Below, one piece after another: positions 17,907-29,157 of a DNA stretch of 64,000 nt (its first letter is position 1; each line of letters opens with the position of its first letter). The stretch lies in contig CAYHGT010000001.1 of assembly GCA_964356375.1 (NCBI GenBank), forward strand, positions 9,221 to 73,220. Reading direction: 5' to 3'. The position numbers and the translations under genes were made by a program. Origin of the DNA: an uncultured Candidatus Saccharibacteria bacterium. GTDB lineage: Bacteria; Patescibacteriota; Minisyncoccia; UBA6257; GWB1-50-10. The notes beneath the pieces are model-generated. The model was not told the origin of the DNA. It ran no database searches and saw only the letters and a program-made list of their open reading frames with translations.

Positions 17907-20900
17907 ATGTACCAAAAAACAAAAATCTTCACCTCATATAACGGTCCAAAATTCGCACAGCCGAACCTTATAGAGATTCAGCGCAACTCGTTTGATTGGT
18001 TTATTAAAAAAGGTCTTCGCGAATTGTTTGACGAGATTTCTCCCATTCGCGACCACACAGGAAAGGAACTTGAGTTGAGTTTTCAGGATTACAAATTTGA
18101 TTCGCCTAAATATACAGAGGAACAGGCAAAGGAAAAAGACCTCTCATTTGAGGCATCGCTTCGTGTAAATTTGAAGCTCGCAAATCGCGTGACGAAAGAG
18201 ACAAATGTGCAGGAGGTGTATCTTGGTGACTTCCCAATGATGACGCGCCGTGGCACATTTATCATTAGTGGGGTGGAGCGCGTAGTTATCTCACAGCTCG
18301 TTCGTTCGCCCGGTGCCTATTTTACAGAAAACATTTATCGTGGAAAGAAATTATTTGGTGCAAAAGTTATTCCAAATCGTGGCGCGTGGCTTGAGTTTGA
18401 AACCGAGTCCGATGGATATATAGGTGTACGCATTGATCGCAAGAGAAAGGTACCGGTTACGCAACTATTGCGTATATTTGGCTTTACCTCAAACGAGGAA
18501 ATACTCAAGGCCTTTAAGGACATAGATACGGGGGATGTGCGGTGCATTGAGGCAACACTCAAAAAAGACGACGCAGAGGGAGTTGATGATTCGTTCCTTA
18601 ATGTTCACCACCGACTTCGTCCGGGCGATTTGACGACAGTGGATAACGCAAAATCTCTTATTGAGGGAATGTTTTTTCGTTTTGACCGCTATGATTTGAG
18701 CCCCGTGGGTCGTTTCAAATTCAATCAGCGTCTTAATGAAACGAAAAAGGATGGTGGCCTTCTGGATAAAGAGGACGCCGTAGCGCTTGTGAAAGAAATT
18801 ATTCGCATGAATAACGACCAGAGCGCCGAGCCCGATGATATTGATCACTTGGGAAATCGTCGCGTACGCGCTGTGGGCGAGCTTATTCAGTTGCGTTTGC
18901 GTATCGGGTTTGCGCGCTTGCGTCGTGGTGTGCAGGACAGAATGTCCACGCTTGATAGGCGCTTGCTCCAACCCGTACAGCTTATTAACTACAAATTACT
19001 TACCGCCGTGGTTCGTGATTTCTTCCAGGCATCACAACTTTCGCAATTCATGGACCAGGTAAACCCTCTCGCAGAACTTGAACACAAGCGTCGTCTTTCG
19101 GCTATGGGTCCTGGCGGTTTAACGCGCGAACGAGCGGGCTTTGAGGTCCGCGACGTGCATTCATCATTTTATGGACGTATCTGTCCGATTCAGACTCCTG
19201 AAGGCGCAAACGCAGGTCTTGTAAGCTATCTCGCAAACTATGCGCGTTTGAATGAATTCGGATTTATTGAGTCACCACATTTTAAAGTTAAAAATGGAAC
19301 GGTAACCTCTAGCGTAGTCTGGCTGGACGCTATTGAAGAGGAGAGGCACAATATTGCACAGGCAGACGTTGAAACAAATGAGAAGGGTTTCATTGCGGAG
19401 GAATTAGTTCCCGCGCGTTTGAAGGGAGAGCCTGGCACGTGCAAACGCGATGAAGTGGATTTCATTGATGTATCCGCAAACCAATTTACATCCGTTGCAA
19501 CTTCACTCATTCCGTTTTTGGAACACGACGATGCAAACCGCGCGCTTATGGGTTCAAACATGCAACGTCAGGGCGTGCCATCTATTGTGCCGAACGCTCC
19601 GCTCGTGGGTACTGGTCAGGAAGATCGCGCTGCACATGACTCGGAACAGGTCATTCTTGCAGAAGAGGATGGTGTGGTAACCGAGGCTGATGGACACGCA
19701 GTATCCGTAAAAGGTGTGAGCGTGAAGAAATATCCTATTTTGAAATTTGTGCGCTCTAACCAATCTACTTGTCTTTCACAACGCCCAATTGTGGCGGTGG
19801 GTGACAAGGTAAAGAAGGGTGATGTGTTAGCCGACGGTCCCGCGACCGATAACGGCGTGTTGAGTTTGGGACAAAATTTGCTTGTGGCATTTGTGCCGTG
19901 GCGTGGAGGCAACTTTGAAGACGCAATTATTCTTTCGGAGCGTGTAGCGCGCGATGACCGTTTTACCTCAATTCACATTGAGACATTTGTCTGCGCAGTG
20001 CGCGATACAAAACTTGGTCCTGAGATAACAACTCCTGATATTCCGAACGTTTCGGAAGATAAACTTCGCAACCTGGACGAAGAGGGTATTGTCCGCATCG
20101 GCGCAGAAGTGCGCGCGAGCGACATCCTCGTCGGAAAGATTTCTCCGAAAGGTGAGTCGGAACTTAGTTCAGAGGAGCGCTTGCTTCGCGCAATTTTTGG
20201 TGAAAAGGCGCGAGATGTGAAAGACACCTCGCTCACACTCCCGCACGGAAAGAATGGACGCATTATCGGTATTAAGATTTTCTCGCGCGACAAGGGAGAT
20301 AAACTTGAGCCGGGGATTATTAAAAAAATTCAAGTTGAGGTGGCACAGCTTCGTAAGGTGCGTGCGGGTGATAAGCTCGCAGGACGTCACGGAAACAAAG
20401 GTGTTATTTCGTCAATTCGTCCGATGGAAGATATGCCGTATCTCGCAGATGGTAGACCAGTTGATATTGTGTTGAATCCACTTGGTGTCGCATCTCGTAT
20501 GAACCTTGGTCAGATTTTGGAAACACACTTGGGATTCGCCGCAGAAAAACTTGGCTATCGCGCCGTGGTGCCAAACTTTGTGGGAGGCAACGAGGCGGAA
20601 ATTCGCGAGGAATTGAAAAAAGCGGAACTTCCGGAAACGGGAAAAGTGACGGTCTATGACGGCGTAACAGGTCAGCCTTTCCGCGATCCAATTACAGTTG
20701 GCTACATCTATATGATGAAGCTGAACCATCATGTGGAAGACAAGATTCACATGCGTTCAACCGGTCCATACTCGCTTATCACACAACAACCACTTGGAGG
20801 AAAGGCGCAGTTAGGAGGTCAGCGTTTTGGAGAAATGGAAGTGTGGGCGCTTGAGGGATATGGCGCCGCGCATACTTTGCAGGAAATGTTGACGATTAAA

Positions 20901-21116
20901 TCAGATGATGTACTCGGGCGTTCGGCTGCGTTTGAAGCGATTATCCGCGGTACGGAAATCAAGAAGCCAAACGTGCCGGCATCATTCAATGTGTTGGTCT
21001 CTGAACTTAAATCACTTTGTCTCAATGTAAAACACGATGGCGTGTCCGACGAGGGAGGCGGAGGGGGAGGGAAGAAGGTCGTGATTGAGAATGAATATGA
21101 GTCAACCGAAGAATAA
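17907..21116 (+). CDS. rpoB: DNA-directed RNA polymerase subunit beta
   Basis: 1069 aa, with unmistakable conserved blocks (e.g. GDKLAGRHGNKGVIS, NMQRQ). Confidence 0.97.
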   Translation: MYQKTKIFTSYNGPKFAQPNLIEIQRNSFDWFIKKGLRELFDEISPIRDHTGKELELSFQDYKFDSPKYTEEQAKEKDLSFEASLRVNLKLANRVTKETNVQEVYLGDFPMMTRRGTFIISGVERVVISQLVRSPGAYFTENIYRGKKLFGAKVIPNRGAWLEFETESDGYIGVRIDRKRKVPVTQLLRIFGFTSNEEILKAFKDIDTGDVRCIEATLKKDDAEGVDDSFLNVHHRLRPGDLTTVDNAKSLIEGMFFRFDRYDLSPVGRFKFNQRLNETKKDGGLLDKEDAVALVKEIIRMNNDQSAEPDDIDHLGNRRVRAVGELIQLRLRIGFARLRRGVQDRMSTLDRRLLQPVQLINYKLLTAVVRDFFQASQLSQFMDQVNPLAELEHKRRLSAMGPGGLTRERAGFEVRDVHSSFYGRICPIQTPEGANAGLVSYLANYARLNEFGFIESPHFKVKNGTVTSSVVWLDAIEEERHNIAQADVETNEKGFIAEELVPARLKGEPGTCKRDEVDFIDVSANQFTSVATSLIPFLEHDDANRALMGSNMQRQGVPSIVPNAPLVGTGQEDRAAHDSEQVILAEEDGVVTEADGHAVSVKGVSVKKYPILKFVRSNQSTCLSQRPIVAVGDKVKKGDVLADGPATDNGVLSLGQNLLVAFVPWRGGNFEDAIILSERVARDDRFTSIHIETFVCAVRDTKLGPEITTPDIPNVSEDKLRNLDEEGIVRIGAEVRASDILVGKISPKGESELSSEERLLRAIFGEKARDVKDTSLTLPHGKNGRIIGIKIFSRDKGDKLEPGIIKKIQVEVAQLRKVRAGDKLAGRHGNKGVISSIRPMEDMPYLADGRPVDIVLNPLGVASRMNLGQILETHLGFAAEKLGYRAVVPNFVGGNEAEIREELKKAELPETGKVTVYDGVTGQPFRDPITVGYIYMMKLNHHVEDKIHMRSTGPYSLITQQPLGGKAQLGGQRFGEMEVWALEGYGAAHTLQEMLTIKSDDVLGRSAAFEAIIRGTEIKKPNVPASFNVLVSELKSLCLNVKHDGVSDEGGGGGGKKVVIENEYESTEE

Positions 21117-21124
21117 TTGAACAT

Positions 21125-24100
21125 ATGGAAAAAAACTTAGAAATAACAAATATTTCGGTACACCTCGCATCTCCCGAACAAATAATTAAGTGGTCGTACG
21201 GCGAGGTTATAAAGCCAGAAACATTGAATTATAGAACACAGCGTCCTGAAAAAGACGGTCTGTTTTCCGAGCGTATTTTCGGTCCGACGAAAGATTACGA
21301 GTGTTATTGCGGAAAGTACAAGAAGGTTCGTTATAAGAATATTACATGTGAAAAATGTGGAGTGGAAGTGACGCGCGCAATTGTGCGTCGTGAACGCATG
21401 GGTCACATCACGCTTGCAACGCCTGTCGCGCACATTTGGTTTTTGCGCACAGTGCCATCAAAGCTCGGCTTGCTCTTGGACATTTCCGTCTCAAAACTTG
21501 AAAAAGTTGTGTACTACGCGGCGTTTATCGTAACGGCGGTAAATGATGATAATAGAAAACGCGCATTGGAAACATTGCATGGCGAGTTGAAGTCAATAAA
21601 GGGTGAGAAGGGTTCAACAAAAACAATTGAAGCAACTGCAGAAAATTTGAAGCAGGTCTTGCTAGCCTTGAAGCCCGGACTCATTTTGACCGAAAACGAA
21701 TACTTTTCTCTCGCAGAACGCTTTGGCGATGTGTTTGAAGCGGATAGGGGCGCGGGCGCGTTGCGGAAGATTTTGGTGCACATTGATTTGAAAACATTGT
21801 TGCGTCACTTGAGAAAGGAACTCACTGAAGTAAACGATGAAAACCGCTTGAAAAGAATTTTACGCCGTTTGAAACTCGCGCAGTCATTAATTGATTCTGG
21901 GGTACGTCCCGAGTGGATGGTCTTAACAGTTCTTCCTGTGCTTCCTCCTGAACTTCGTCCGATGGTTGCGTTGGAGGGTGGACGTTATGCGACCGCGGAT
22001 TTGAATGATCTGTATCGTCGCGTCATCAATCGCAATAATCGTTTGAAGAAGCTTATTGAACTTCGTTCGCCTGAGGTTATTTTGACGAACGAAAAACGCA
22101 TGCTTCAGGAAGCGGTGGATGCCTTGATTGATAACACCGCACGCGCAGGAAGTCAGCTGCTTTCAACGCGCAGAAGGCCACTTCGCTCGCTTGCGGATAT
22201 GTTGAAGGGTAAGCAAGGGCGTTTCCGTCAGAACTTGCTTGGAAAGCGCGTGGACTATTCAGCGCGCTCCGTAATCGTGGTGGGTCCGGAACTAAAACTT
22301 GATGAGTGCGGACTTCCGAAAAACATGGCGCTTGAACTTTTCAGGCACTTTGTGATTAACAAAATTATTGAACGCGGACTCGCATTTAACATTAAGCAGG
22401 CAAACCGATTTATAGAACAAGGTTCACCAGAAATCTGGGCAATTTTGGAAGAGGTGATTCAGAATAAGCGCGTACTCTTGAACCGCGCACCGACATTGCA
22501 CCGTCTTGGTATTCAGGCATTCCGCGTGCTCTTGATTGAGGATTTGGCAATTCGTATTCCACCACTTGTGTGTAGCGCATTTAACGCCGACTTTGACGGA
22601 GACCAGATGGCGGTCCACCTGCCACTCACTGCGGAAGCGCAGTATGAAGCGAAGGAACTTATGAGTGCATCGCGCAATCTTTTGAAGCCCGCAAACGGCG
22701 ATCCGATTGTGACTCCGACACAGGATATGGTACTTGGCATATACTTTTTGACACGCATCATTGATGGCGCGAAGGGTGAGGGGAAGGCACTTTCCAGCCA
22801 ATCCGAAGCAATGTTCGCATACGAAAGTGGGTTTATTGATATCAACGCAAAGATTAAGGTGGTGATTGATGGAGTGATGACAGACACATCACTTGGCCGT
22901 TTGATATTTAATGGTGTGTTACCGCCCGATTTCGGATTTGTGAACGAACAGATGAATAAGAAAAAGCTTCCGAAGCTTGTTGCAAAAATTATTGAAAAGT
23001 ACGGATTGCTTGAAGCAAGTAATTATCTTGATGCAATCAAGAATCTTGGCTATGAATATTCAACCGTCTCCTCTATTACGTGGAGCGCGGGCGACATGGT
23101 AATTCCTACTGGGAAGTACAAAGTATTGGACGAGGCGGAGGAGCAAGTTGCTGTAATTGAATCGCAATTCAGCGATGGATTGTTGACTGAGAGGGAACGC
23201 CGCGGAAGAGTTATTGATATTTGGAACGAGACACGCGAGAATGTGGCGAAACTTATTCCGGCTTCATTCCAGCCGACAAACCCCGTGTATGCAATTATTG
23301 ATTCTGGCGCGCGTGGTAGTTGGGCACAGCCAATGCAAATGATGGGTATGAAGGGTCTCGTGATTAATCCGCAGGGTCAGACGATTGAGCTTCCTGTGAA
23401 GTCATCTTACAAAGAAGGGTTGCGTGTGATTGAATATTTCATTTCTACGCACGGAGCTCGCAAGGGTACGACTGATACCGCTTTAAAGACCGCAACTGCA
23501 GGGTATCTTACGCGTCGTTTAGTTGATGTATCTCAAGATTTGATTGTTGAAGAGAGCGATTGCGAAACCGATGAGGGTATTTCCATTGTGCGCGCCGAAG
23601 GCGACGCATATGGCTACGCATTTGGTGATCGCGTATATTCGCGCGTGGCAGTTGAGGATATTAAGGATGTGCGCAAAACCATCGTGAAAGCAGGTGAAAT
23701 AATTGACCGCGATGCGATAAAACTGATTCAGGATTCAAAGATTGAAGTGGTGAAAGTATTTTCTCCAATCACGTGTCGCGCCACAAATGGCGTGTGTGCA
23801 AAGTGTTATGGATACGACCTTACAAAAAATAAGCTCGTGGAATCTGGAACTGCGGTGGGTATCATTGCCGCGCAATCAATCGGTGAACCGGGAACACAGC
23901 TCACGATGAGAACCTTCCATATTGGAGGTATCGCGGGTGTTGACATCACACACGGTCTCCCTCGTGTGGAAGAACTTTTTGAGGCACGACCTCCAAAAGG
24001 TAAGGCCCCACTCGCGAAAGAAGATGGATTGGTTGATATCATTGAAGAAAAGGGACTTGCGCGTATCATTAAGATTAAAAAAGCAAAAGGCAAAATTAAA

Positions 24101-24835
24101 AAAGGTGATACGGCGTCCTACGATGAGTATCTCGTGCCGAGCAACATAAATGTGCTCGTGAAGGAAGGCGAGAAGGTGAAGAAAGGAGATGCGTTAACCG
24201 AGGGTCCACTTGATCTCCGTGAATTGCTCGCATTCCGCGGACTTGAAGCGGTGGAGCACTACATCATTAACGAGGTGCAAAGAATTTACATTCCGGAAGG
24301 CGCGTCAATCAACGACAAGCACATTGAAATAATTGTGCGTCAGATGCTTTCGCGCGTAGTGGTGATGGAGCAAGGCGATGGAGAATTTATGCCCGGCGAT
24401 ATTGTAGAGAAAAATATCTTTATTACTGCAAACAGGGGACTTAAGAAAGAGAAGAAATCAATTTCAAAGGGTCTCTTGAAAGTACTTGGCATCACGCGTG
24501 TAGCGCTCAGTTCTGCAAGCTTCCTTTCCGCGGCATCTTTCCAGGAGACAACACGCACACTTGTGAATGCCGCTGTGGAGGGAAAGGTAGACCCGCTCCG
24601 TGGTCTTAAGGAAAACGTAATTATTGGTAAGCTTATTCCTGCAGGAACGGGAATGCATGGAATTTCGGCTGAGGCATTAAAACCGTGGAAATTGGAGCAT
24701 GCGGCGATAGCGCCAGAGGACATTGCGGAAGCGAAGGCGGAAATGGTGCCAGAGCCCGTTGTAGTGCTTGAGGAAGTGTCGGCTGAGGGTGAGGTCGCAA
24801 TGCATGAGGAAACAGAAGAGGGGAAAGAAGAATAA
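21125..24835 (+). CDS. rpoC: DNA-directed RNA polymerase subunit beta-prime
   Basis: 1236 aa. Zn-binding [21 protein letters not shown] and the catalytic [12 protein letters not shown]. Confidence 0.97.
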   Translation: MEKNLEITNISVHLASPEQIIKWSYGEVIKPETLNYRTQRPEKDGLFSERIFGPTKDYECYCGKYKKVRYKNITCEKCGVEVTRAIVRRERMGHITLATPVAHIWFLRTVPSKLGLLLDISVSKLEKVVYYAAFIVTAVNDDNRKRALETLHGELKSIKGEKGSTKTIEATAENLKQVLLALKPGLILTENEYFSLAERFGDVFEADRGAGALRKILVHIDLKTLLRHLRKELTEVNDENRLKRILRRLKLAQSLIDSGVRPEWMVLTVLPVLPPELRPMVALEGGRYATADLNDLYRRVINRNNRLKKLIELRSPEVILTNEKRMLQEAVDALIDNTARAGSQLLSTRRRPLRSLADMLKGKQGRFRQNLLGKRVDYSARSVIVVGPELKLDECGLPKNMALELFRHFVINKIIERGLAFNIKQANRFIEQGSPEIWAILEEVIQNKRVLLNRAPTLHRLGIQAFRVLLIEDLAIRIPPLVCSAFNADFDGDQMAVHLPLTAEAQYEAKELMSASRNLLKPANGDPIVTPTQDMVLGIYFLTRIIDGAKGEGKALSSQSEAMFAYESGFIDINAKIKVVIDGVMTDTSLGRLIFNGVLPPDFGFVNEQMNKKKLPKLVAKIIEKYGLLEASNYLDAIKNLGYEYSTVSSITWSAGDMVIPTGKYKVLDEAEEQVAVIESQFSDGLLTERERRGRVIDIWNETRENVAKLIPASFQPTNPVYAIIDSGARGSWAQPMQMMGMKGLVINPQGQTIELPVKSSYKEGLRVIEYFISTHGARKGTTDTALKTATAGYLTRRLVDVSQDLIVEESDCETDEGISIVRAEGDAYGYAFGDRVYSRVAVEDIKDVRKTIVKAGEIIDRDAIKLIQDSKIEVVKVFSPITCRATNGVCAKCYGYDLTKNKLVESGTAVGIIAAQSIGEPGTQLTMRTFHIGGIAGVDITHGLPRVEELFEARPPKGKAPLAKEDGLVDIIEEKGLARIIKIKKAKGKIKKGDTASYDEYLVPSNINVLVKEGEKVKKGDALTEGPLDLRELLAFRGLEAVEHYIINEVQRIYIPEGASINDKHIEIIVRQMLSRVVVMEQGDGEFMPGDIVEKNIFITANRGLKKEKKSISKGLLKVLGITRVALSSASFLSAASFQETTRTLVNAAVEGKVDPLRGLKENVIIGKLIPAGTGMHGISAEALKPWKLEHAAIAPEDIAEAKAEMVPEPVVVLEEVSAEGEVAMHEETEEGKEE

Positions 24836-24945
24836 CTAACAACCTACGGGAAAAGACCCCCATCCGATTAGTTGTGGGTCGTTAGTCAGCAGATTTGACT
24901 CAATCCCGCATACTTGTTACTCTCTAAGACGTATCTAATATACAC

Positions 24946-25368
24946 ATGGAACAAGAAATGAACGAATTGAAAAACCGCTATGAGCTCTCGTTTGTAACGC
25001 AGAGCGAAGATGCTGCGTCCGTAAAGGCGTTGCTTGCGAAAAATAACGCGCAGATCGTAAACGACCGCCCGATTTCCAAAATCCAGCTCGCATATAAGAT
25101 TGCAAAACAAGGATATGGATTTATGGGAACGAGCGAGTTTTTGGCAGACGCTGAATCAGCGGTTGCGCTTCGCAAGGATATCCAGCTTGAGAAGGATATT
25201 TTGCGCGGAATTGTGATAAAGTTGAAAGAGCCAAAAGTGAGCGAGACGGGAACGGAAGAAAGGATGGTTGGAAAGGGCCCAACCGCTCCACAGCGTCTTC
25301 GCAATATGTTTGGCGGAGCACTCTCAAACGAAGCACTTGAGAAGAAGATAGAGGAAATATTACAATAA
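24946..25368 (+). CDS. rpsF: 30S ribosomal protein S6
   Basis: RYELSFVTQSED...IQLAYKIAKQGYGF pattern of S6. It sits in the canonical rpsF-ssb-rpsR order. Confidence 0.75.
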   Translation: MEQEMNELKNRYELSFVTQSEDAASVKALLAKNNAQIVNDRPISKIQLAYKIAKQGYGFMGTSEFLADAESAVALRKDIQLEKDILRGIVIKLKEPKVSETGTEERMVGKGPTAPQRLRNMFGGALSNEALEKKIEEILQ

Positions 25369-25375
25369 GAGTATA

Positions 25376-25528
25376 TGAATCCCGTTAGAGTTTTACACAT
25401 TAACAACAAACAAGAGGGATGAATCCCGTTAGAAAATTACAAACAATGTTTTTAAGTAAATACAAAGTTAATAACGCTTATATTATTAGTCGAAAAACAA
25501 AGACCTTAATTTTCTAACGGGATGAATC
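25376..25528 (+). promoter_or_regulatory. Repeat/hairpin element between rpsF and ssb: two direct copies of ATGAATCCCGTTAGA and one inverted copy that contains the ssb start codon
   Basis: Copy a at 25376-25397, copy b at 25419-25440, inverted copy c at 25507-25528. b and c can pair over 20/22 bp with a 66-nt loop. The ssb ATG (25522) lies inside arm c. Confidence 0.45.
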
Positions 25529-25995
25529 TGAACAAAGTTTTTCTTATTGGCCGTCTTACGAATGATCCTCAATTGAGGAGTACTCCTGGTGGACAGTCAG
25601 TTGCTTCATTTTCAATTGCGACAAATCGTAATTGGACGGACAAGCAGGGAGTAAAACAAGTTGATGTTCAATTTCACAATATAGTGGCATGGGGGAGACA
25701 AGCGGAAATTGTAAGCCAGTATATGAAGAAGGGAGGACTCATAATGATTGAAGGCCGTCTTCAGACGCGCAACTGGAAGGATAAGCAAGAGCAGACGCGT
25801 TCTACTACGGAAATTGTGTGCGAATCACTCCAACTTGGTCCTCGTGCCACGGGTGGTGCAGGAGATTTTGGGGGAGGAGCGCCGAGAAGTTCATCGCAAG
25901 AAGCGAAACGCGACGACTACTCACAGGACGCAAAAGAGACGCTTCCGGAAATAGACATTGATGAAGAAATAAAAGCGGAAGATATTCCATTCTAA
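25522..25995 (+). CDS. ssb: Single-stranded DNA-binding protein
   Basis: OB-fold N-terminus (LIGRLTNDPQLRSTPGG...), a Gly-rich linker, and the acidic DIPF tail. Confidence 0.9.
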   Translation: MNLNKVFLIGRLTNDPQLRSTPGGQSVASFSIATNRNWTDKQGVKQVDVQFHNIVAWGRQAEIVSQYMKKGGLIMIEGRLQTRNWKDKQEQTRSTTEIVCESLQLGPRATGGAGDFGGGAPRSSSQEAKRDDYSQDAKETLPEIDIDEEIKAEDIPF

Positions 25996-25996
25996 A

Positions 25997-26206
25997 ATGA
26001 AAAATATGAAACAGTGTTCGTTTTGTTCGCAAAATTCAAAAGAGATTGATTATAAAAACGCAGACCTTTTGAAGCGTTACACTTCAAGTCAGGCGAAAAT
26101 CATTGATCCGCGCCACACCGGCGTATGTGCGAAACACCAACGCGCTCTTGCGAGAGCCATTAAACGCGCGCGTGTTATGGGTTTTTTGCCGTTTGTGAAG
26201 CAATAA
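25997..26206 (+). CDS. rpsR: 30S ribosomal protein S18
   Basis: IDYKNADLLKRYTS...GVCAKHQRALARAIKRARVMGFLPF. Confidence 0.85.
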   Translation: MKNMKQCSFCSQNSKEIDYKNADLLKRYTSSQAKIIDPRHTGVCAKHQRALARAIKRARVMGFLPFVKQ

Positions 26207-26248
26207 CAAAAAAGGTAATATAGTATATACAAGGAATCTTGTATATTT

Positions 26249-26809
26249 ATGGATCTTAAATTATTTCAATTACTTCATGGATTAATGGGACGCTCTTCTG
26301 TCGTAGACTGGTTTGCGATTTTTACCGCAAAATATTTGCCGTACGCGCTTGCGCTTGCGGCAATTATTGTTATATTTCGCAATAAGAATTGGAGGCACAA
26401 GATGTGGGTACTGCTCACGCTCACGTTCTCCCTTCTCGTTTCCTACGGATTTTTGAGCACCATTATTCACTATTTCTATAATAGACCACGCCCCTTTACT
26501 TTACTTCAATTTACGCCACCATTCATCCCAGATACAGTAAGCGCATTTCCCTCAAATCACGCGACGATTTTTTTCACAATTGCATATGTGATGTTTTTGA
26601 TAAACAAAAAGACGGGATATTGGTTCTTGGGGTTGGCACTTTTGAACGGCGTTGCGCGCGTTATGGTTGGCGTGCACTGGCCATTTGATATTTCTGGCGG
26701 TGCCGTGGTCGCACTTATCGGATTCCTTGTGGCGCAAAAAATATTTCCTGAACACGATTTTATAGAGACATCAACAGAATCTAAAGAAGTTACGACGAAC
26801 AATGATTAA
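26249..26809 (+). CDS. PAP2-family membrane phosphatase (undecaprenyl-diphosphatase-like)
   Basis: PSNHAT and GVHWPFD motifs in a multi-TM protein. Confidence 0.7.
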   Translation: MDLKLFQLLHGLMGRSSVVDWFAIFTAKYLPYALALAAIIVIFRNKNWRHKMWVLLTLTFSLLVSYGFLSTIIHYFYNRPRPFTLLQFTPPFIPDTVSAFPSNHATIFFTIAYVMFLINKKTGYWFLGLALLNGVARVMVGVHWPFDISGGAVVALIGFLVAQKIFPEHDFIETSTESKEVTTNND

Positions 26810-27074
26810 TTGGGACGATGTTGAAAATTTGCTGAGTGAGCAAAACATCTTCGTGATGGATATTTTGTTTGTTAAGGAATTTGTGCGTACACTTCCGTTT
26901 GAGGACAGGCAGGCCGTAATGCTGGCAATGCTGGTGTTCCCCGAACGATTGCCCTTTATGTTGGACATTCTTAAAAAGAAGCGCGCGCTTGCAGGCGAGT
27001 ATGACCCAGCGCTCGCAATCGCGATTCTTTCGTCCGAAGCAAAGGAGCTAGAAATCGCGCAGCAAAACGGCTAA
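26802..27074 (+). CDS. Hypothetical protein (90 aa)
   Basis: An ORF with coding-like composition and no recognised motif. Confidence 0.35.
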   Translation: MINWDDVENLLSEQNIFVMDILFVKEFVRTLPFEDRQAVMLAMLVFPERLPFMLDILKKKRALAGEYDPALAIAILSSEAKELEIAQQNG

Positions 27075-27078
27075 AAAT

Positions 27079-29088
27079 ATGGAATCACACGATTTTCCTA
27101 AAGAACAAATAATACCGCGAGAAGGTGGCAAATTGCCTAAAAAGCCAATTGATGTGGCAGTTGAAATTCTGGAGAGTTCGGAAATTTCCGCGGAACAAAA
27201 AAAGAAGCCAGAAAATTTTACCGAGTTTAAGCAAGAAGAAAATGTGGTAGTAGATAGATTTTTCAAAAAAACAGGAAAGGCGCTTTCCCGCGCAACACTC
27301 GCACTCTCACTTTTTATTGGTGCCTCATCCGCATATGGGCAGGATTTGGAAAAGGACGCTAAGAGCGATGAAGCAATTGTGCAAAAAGCAGAAGATGGTT
27401 CCACCTCAACTATTGAAAGATTAATGAGCCGAATGACTATAACGCTCGGTGGGACTCACGAACAACAAACCCCATTCAATGGCGAAACATTTAATGAGGT
27501 TTATAATTACAAACCACTCACTGAAACAAAATTTTATAATAAGCTTTCACAAGAGCAGTTTAGGGAGGTGGATGAGTCGTATTTTTCCGCCATAGCATCT
27601 AAAGACGCGGATGCATATTTTAGCACAATACGAGCGTTCAATGAGAGAACAGATAAAACACCTTTAGACGGTATGCAAAAAGCTTTGTTGTTACAGCGGA
27701 TAGGTGCAGAGCTTTATTTTAAATACAATGCCGACATGCTTGCGAGGGGTGAGCGCGTGAAAATATCCGAGAATGATATGCTCAATTCTTTAAAAAATAA
27801 GGATGATAAGAGTGGAATATGCGGTAATATTGCCACCTTTGTCACGAAGACGGCGAGGAGCTTGGGGTATGATGCGTGGCTTCAAAGCACAATGCATAAA
27901 AGTGGCGGACATGCGGTGACTGGCTTGGTTTTGGATAATGGGAACTTAGCTTTTTTTGACGGCAGTCATTTTTTGGACACGGATACAAAAAATTATAAAA
28001 AAGCATTGGGAGTGCTTGATAAGATGAACGAGAGAGTTTCTTTGTGGTCATACACACAACTTAGCGGAGGGAATATGGTGCAAGTAGACAGCGATGCAGG
28101 ATTGGTTACAAAGAAATTTGCCGGCATTCGCGCAACACAAAATGAATTAGATGCAATGCTTGGGGCTGGGGCAGTGAGGAAAAATCTTGGGGGTGTTGAT
28201 GTTGCCATCGGTCCCGAAGAGAAGACGCTCAGTCTTACTGACAATTATGTAAGTCTCACGTTTTCAAATTATGAAAATACGCCGATAGGTGGAATTGCAA
28301 ATCCATATCAAGCACTTCATTCGCTCAATTCGGTTCGCCTTGGCACCAATTTTGCAGGAGAGCGCCTTGGGTTGGATATGAACGTGTCCTATATGAATTT
28401 TTCGTTGGATGATATGCAAAAAGGGAAGGTTAATAATTATGATGCGGCTATTTTCCAAATATTTGGAAGTTATCTTGGTAAAAAACACGAATTAACAAAA
28501 GGTGAGCTCGGGACGCTGAGCGCTCAACTTGGCGCGACACTGCAAGCAGCAATCAATGTTCCATTTAGTAATGAAGATAAATCACAGCCAACACTGAATC
28601 GCGTTCGCGTTATGGGCGAGGTGGCTATGGGCGCAAAGGTAATCTATATTGATCCAAGTGAAGCCAATACATTCTATATTGAGGCGTCAACACGTGCAGA
28701 TGAAATAGCTAGTGATGTGGAGCGACAAAAACCAAGTTTAATAAGTGGCGCAAGTCGTTTCGGTGTAGGCGCAGAGATAAGGGCGCACAAAGGAATAGTG
28801 CTTGGATTTAACGCGGCAAAAACAAAAGAGGTTTGGGGCAACAGCACGAAAGCAAAATTACACATTAAGACGCCAACTATTGGCCTTGAGATTATCCACG
28901 AAGATGCAAAATCCAATGAGAAGCAGATCATTCCCTCAACAACAAAGACAAGCGCCAACCTTTCTTATAAGTGGAATCCAAAATACGAAGTGCGCGTGAC
29001 TGGATTTAAATCAAGCGAACAATACAAAGGTGCGAAATCTACAAATGAGGTTGGAGCAAACGTTACATTAGTGATGCGATTCTTTTAA
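27079..29088 (+). CDS. Large type-II-membrane / secreted protein with a transglutaminase-like Cys-His-Asp core and a beta-rich C-terminus ending in Phe
   Basis: 669 aa. A 65-aa N-terminal segment, then the hydrophobic anchor ALSRATLALSLFIGASSAYG. GICGNIATFV...GGHAVTGLV...FFDGSHF matches the order of the transglutaminase/papain-like catalytic triad. The C-terminus reads ...ANVTLVMRFF. Confidence 0.45.
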   Translation: MESHDFPKEQIIPREGGKLPKKPIDVAVEILESSEISAEQKKKPENFTEFKQEENVVVDRFFKKTGKALSRATLALSLFIGASSAYGQDLEKDAKSDEAIVQKAEDGSTSTIERLMSRMTITLGGTHEQQTPFNGETFNEVYNYKPLTETKFYNKLSQEQFREVDESYFSAIASKDADAYFSTIRAFNERTDKTPLDGMQKALLLQRIGAELYFKYNADMLARGERVKISENDMLNSLKNKDDKSGICGNIATFVTKTARSLGYDAWLQSTMHKSGGHAVTGLVLDNGNLAFFDGSHFLDTDTKNYKKALGVLDKMNERVSLWSYTQLSGGNMVQVDSDAGLVTKKFAGIRATQNELDAMLGAGAVRKNLGGVDVAIGPEEKTLSLTDNYVSLTFSNYENTPIGGIANPYQALHSLNSVRLGTNFAGERLGLDMNVSYMNFSLDDMQKGKVNNYDAAIFQIFGSYLGKKHELTKGELGTLSAQLGATLQAAINVPFSNEDKSQPTLNRVRVMGEVAMGAKVIYIDPSEANTFYIEASTRADEIASDVERQKPSLISGASRFGVGAEIRAHKGIVLGFNAAKTKEVWGNSTKAKLHIKTPTIGLEIIHEDAKSNEKQIIPSTTKTSANLSYKWNPKYEVRVTGFKSSEQYKGAKSTNEVGANVTLVMRFF

Positions 29089-29157
29089 GTAACCCAACCA
29101 ATCTGGTTTACGAAACGAGCTGTAGCGGTTCCCTTTTGATTGTAACTTTGCTCGTAG

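Noticed and set aside
18335-24863. Numerous minus-strand ORFs inside rpoB and rpoC, such as 18489-18971 and 22513-22887.
   Set aside because: They are antisense to extremely well-conserved coding sequence and have low-complexity translations. They are typical shadow ORFs.
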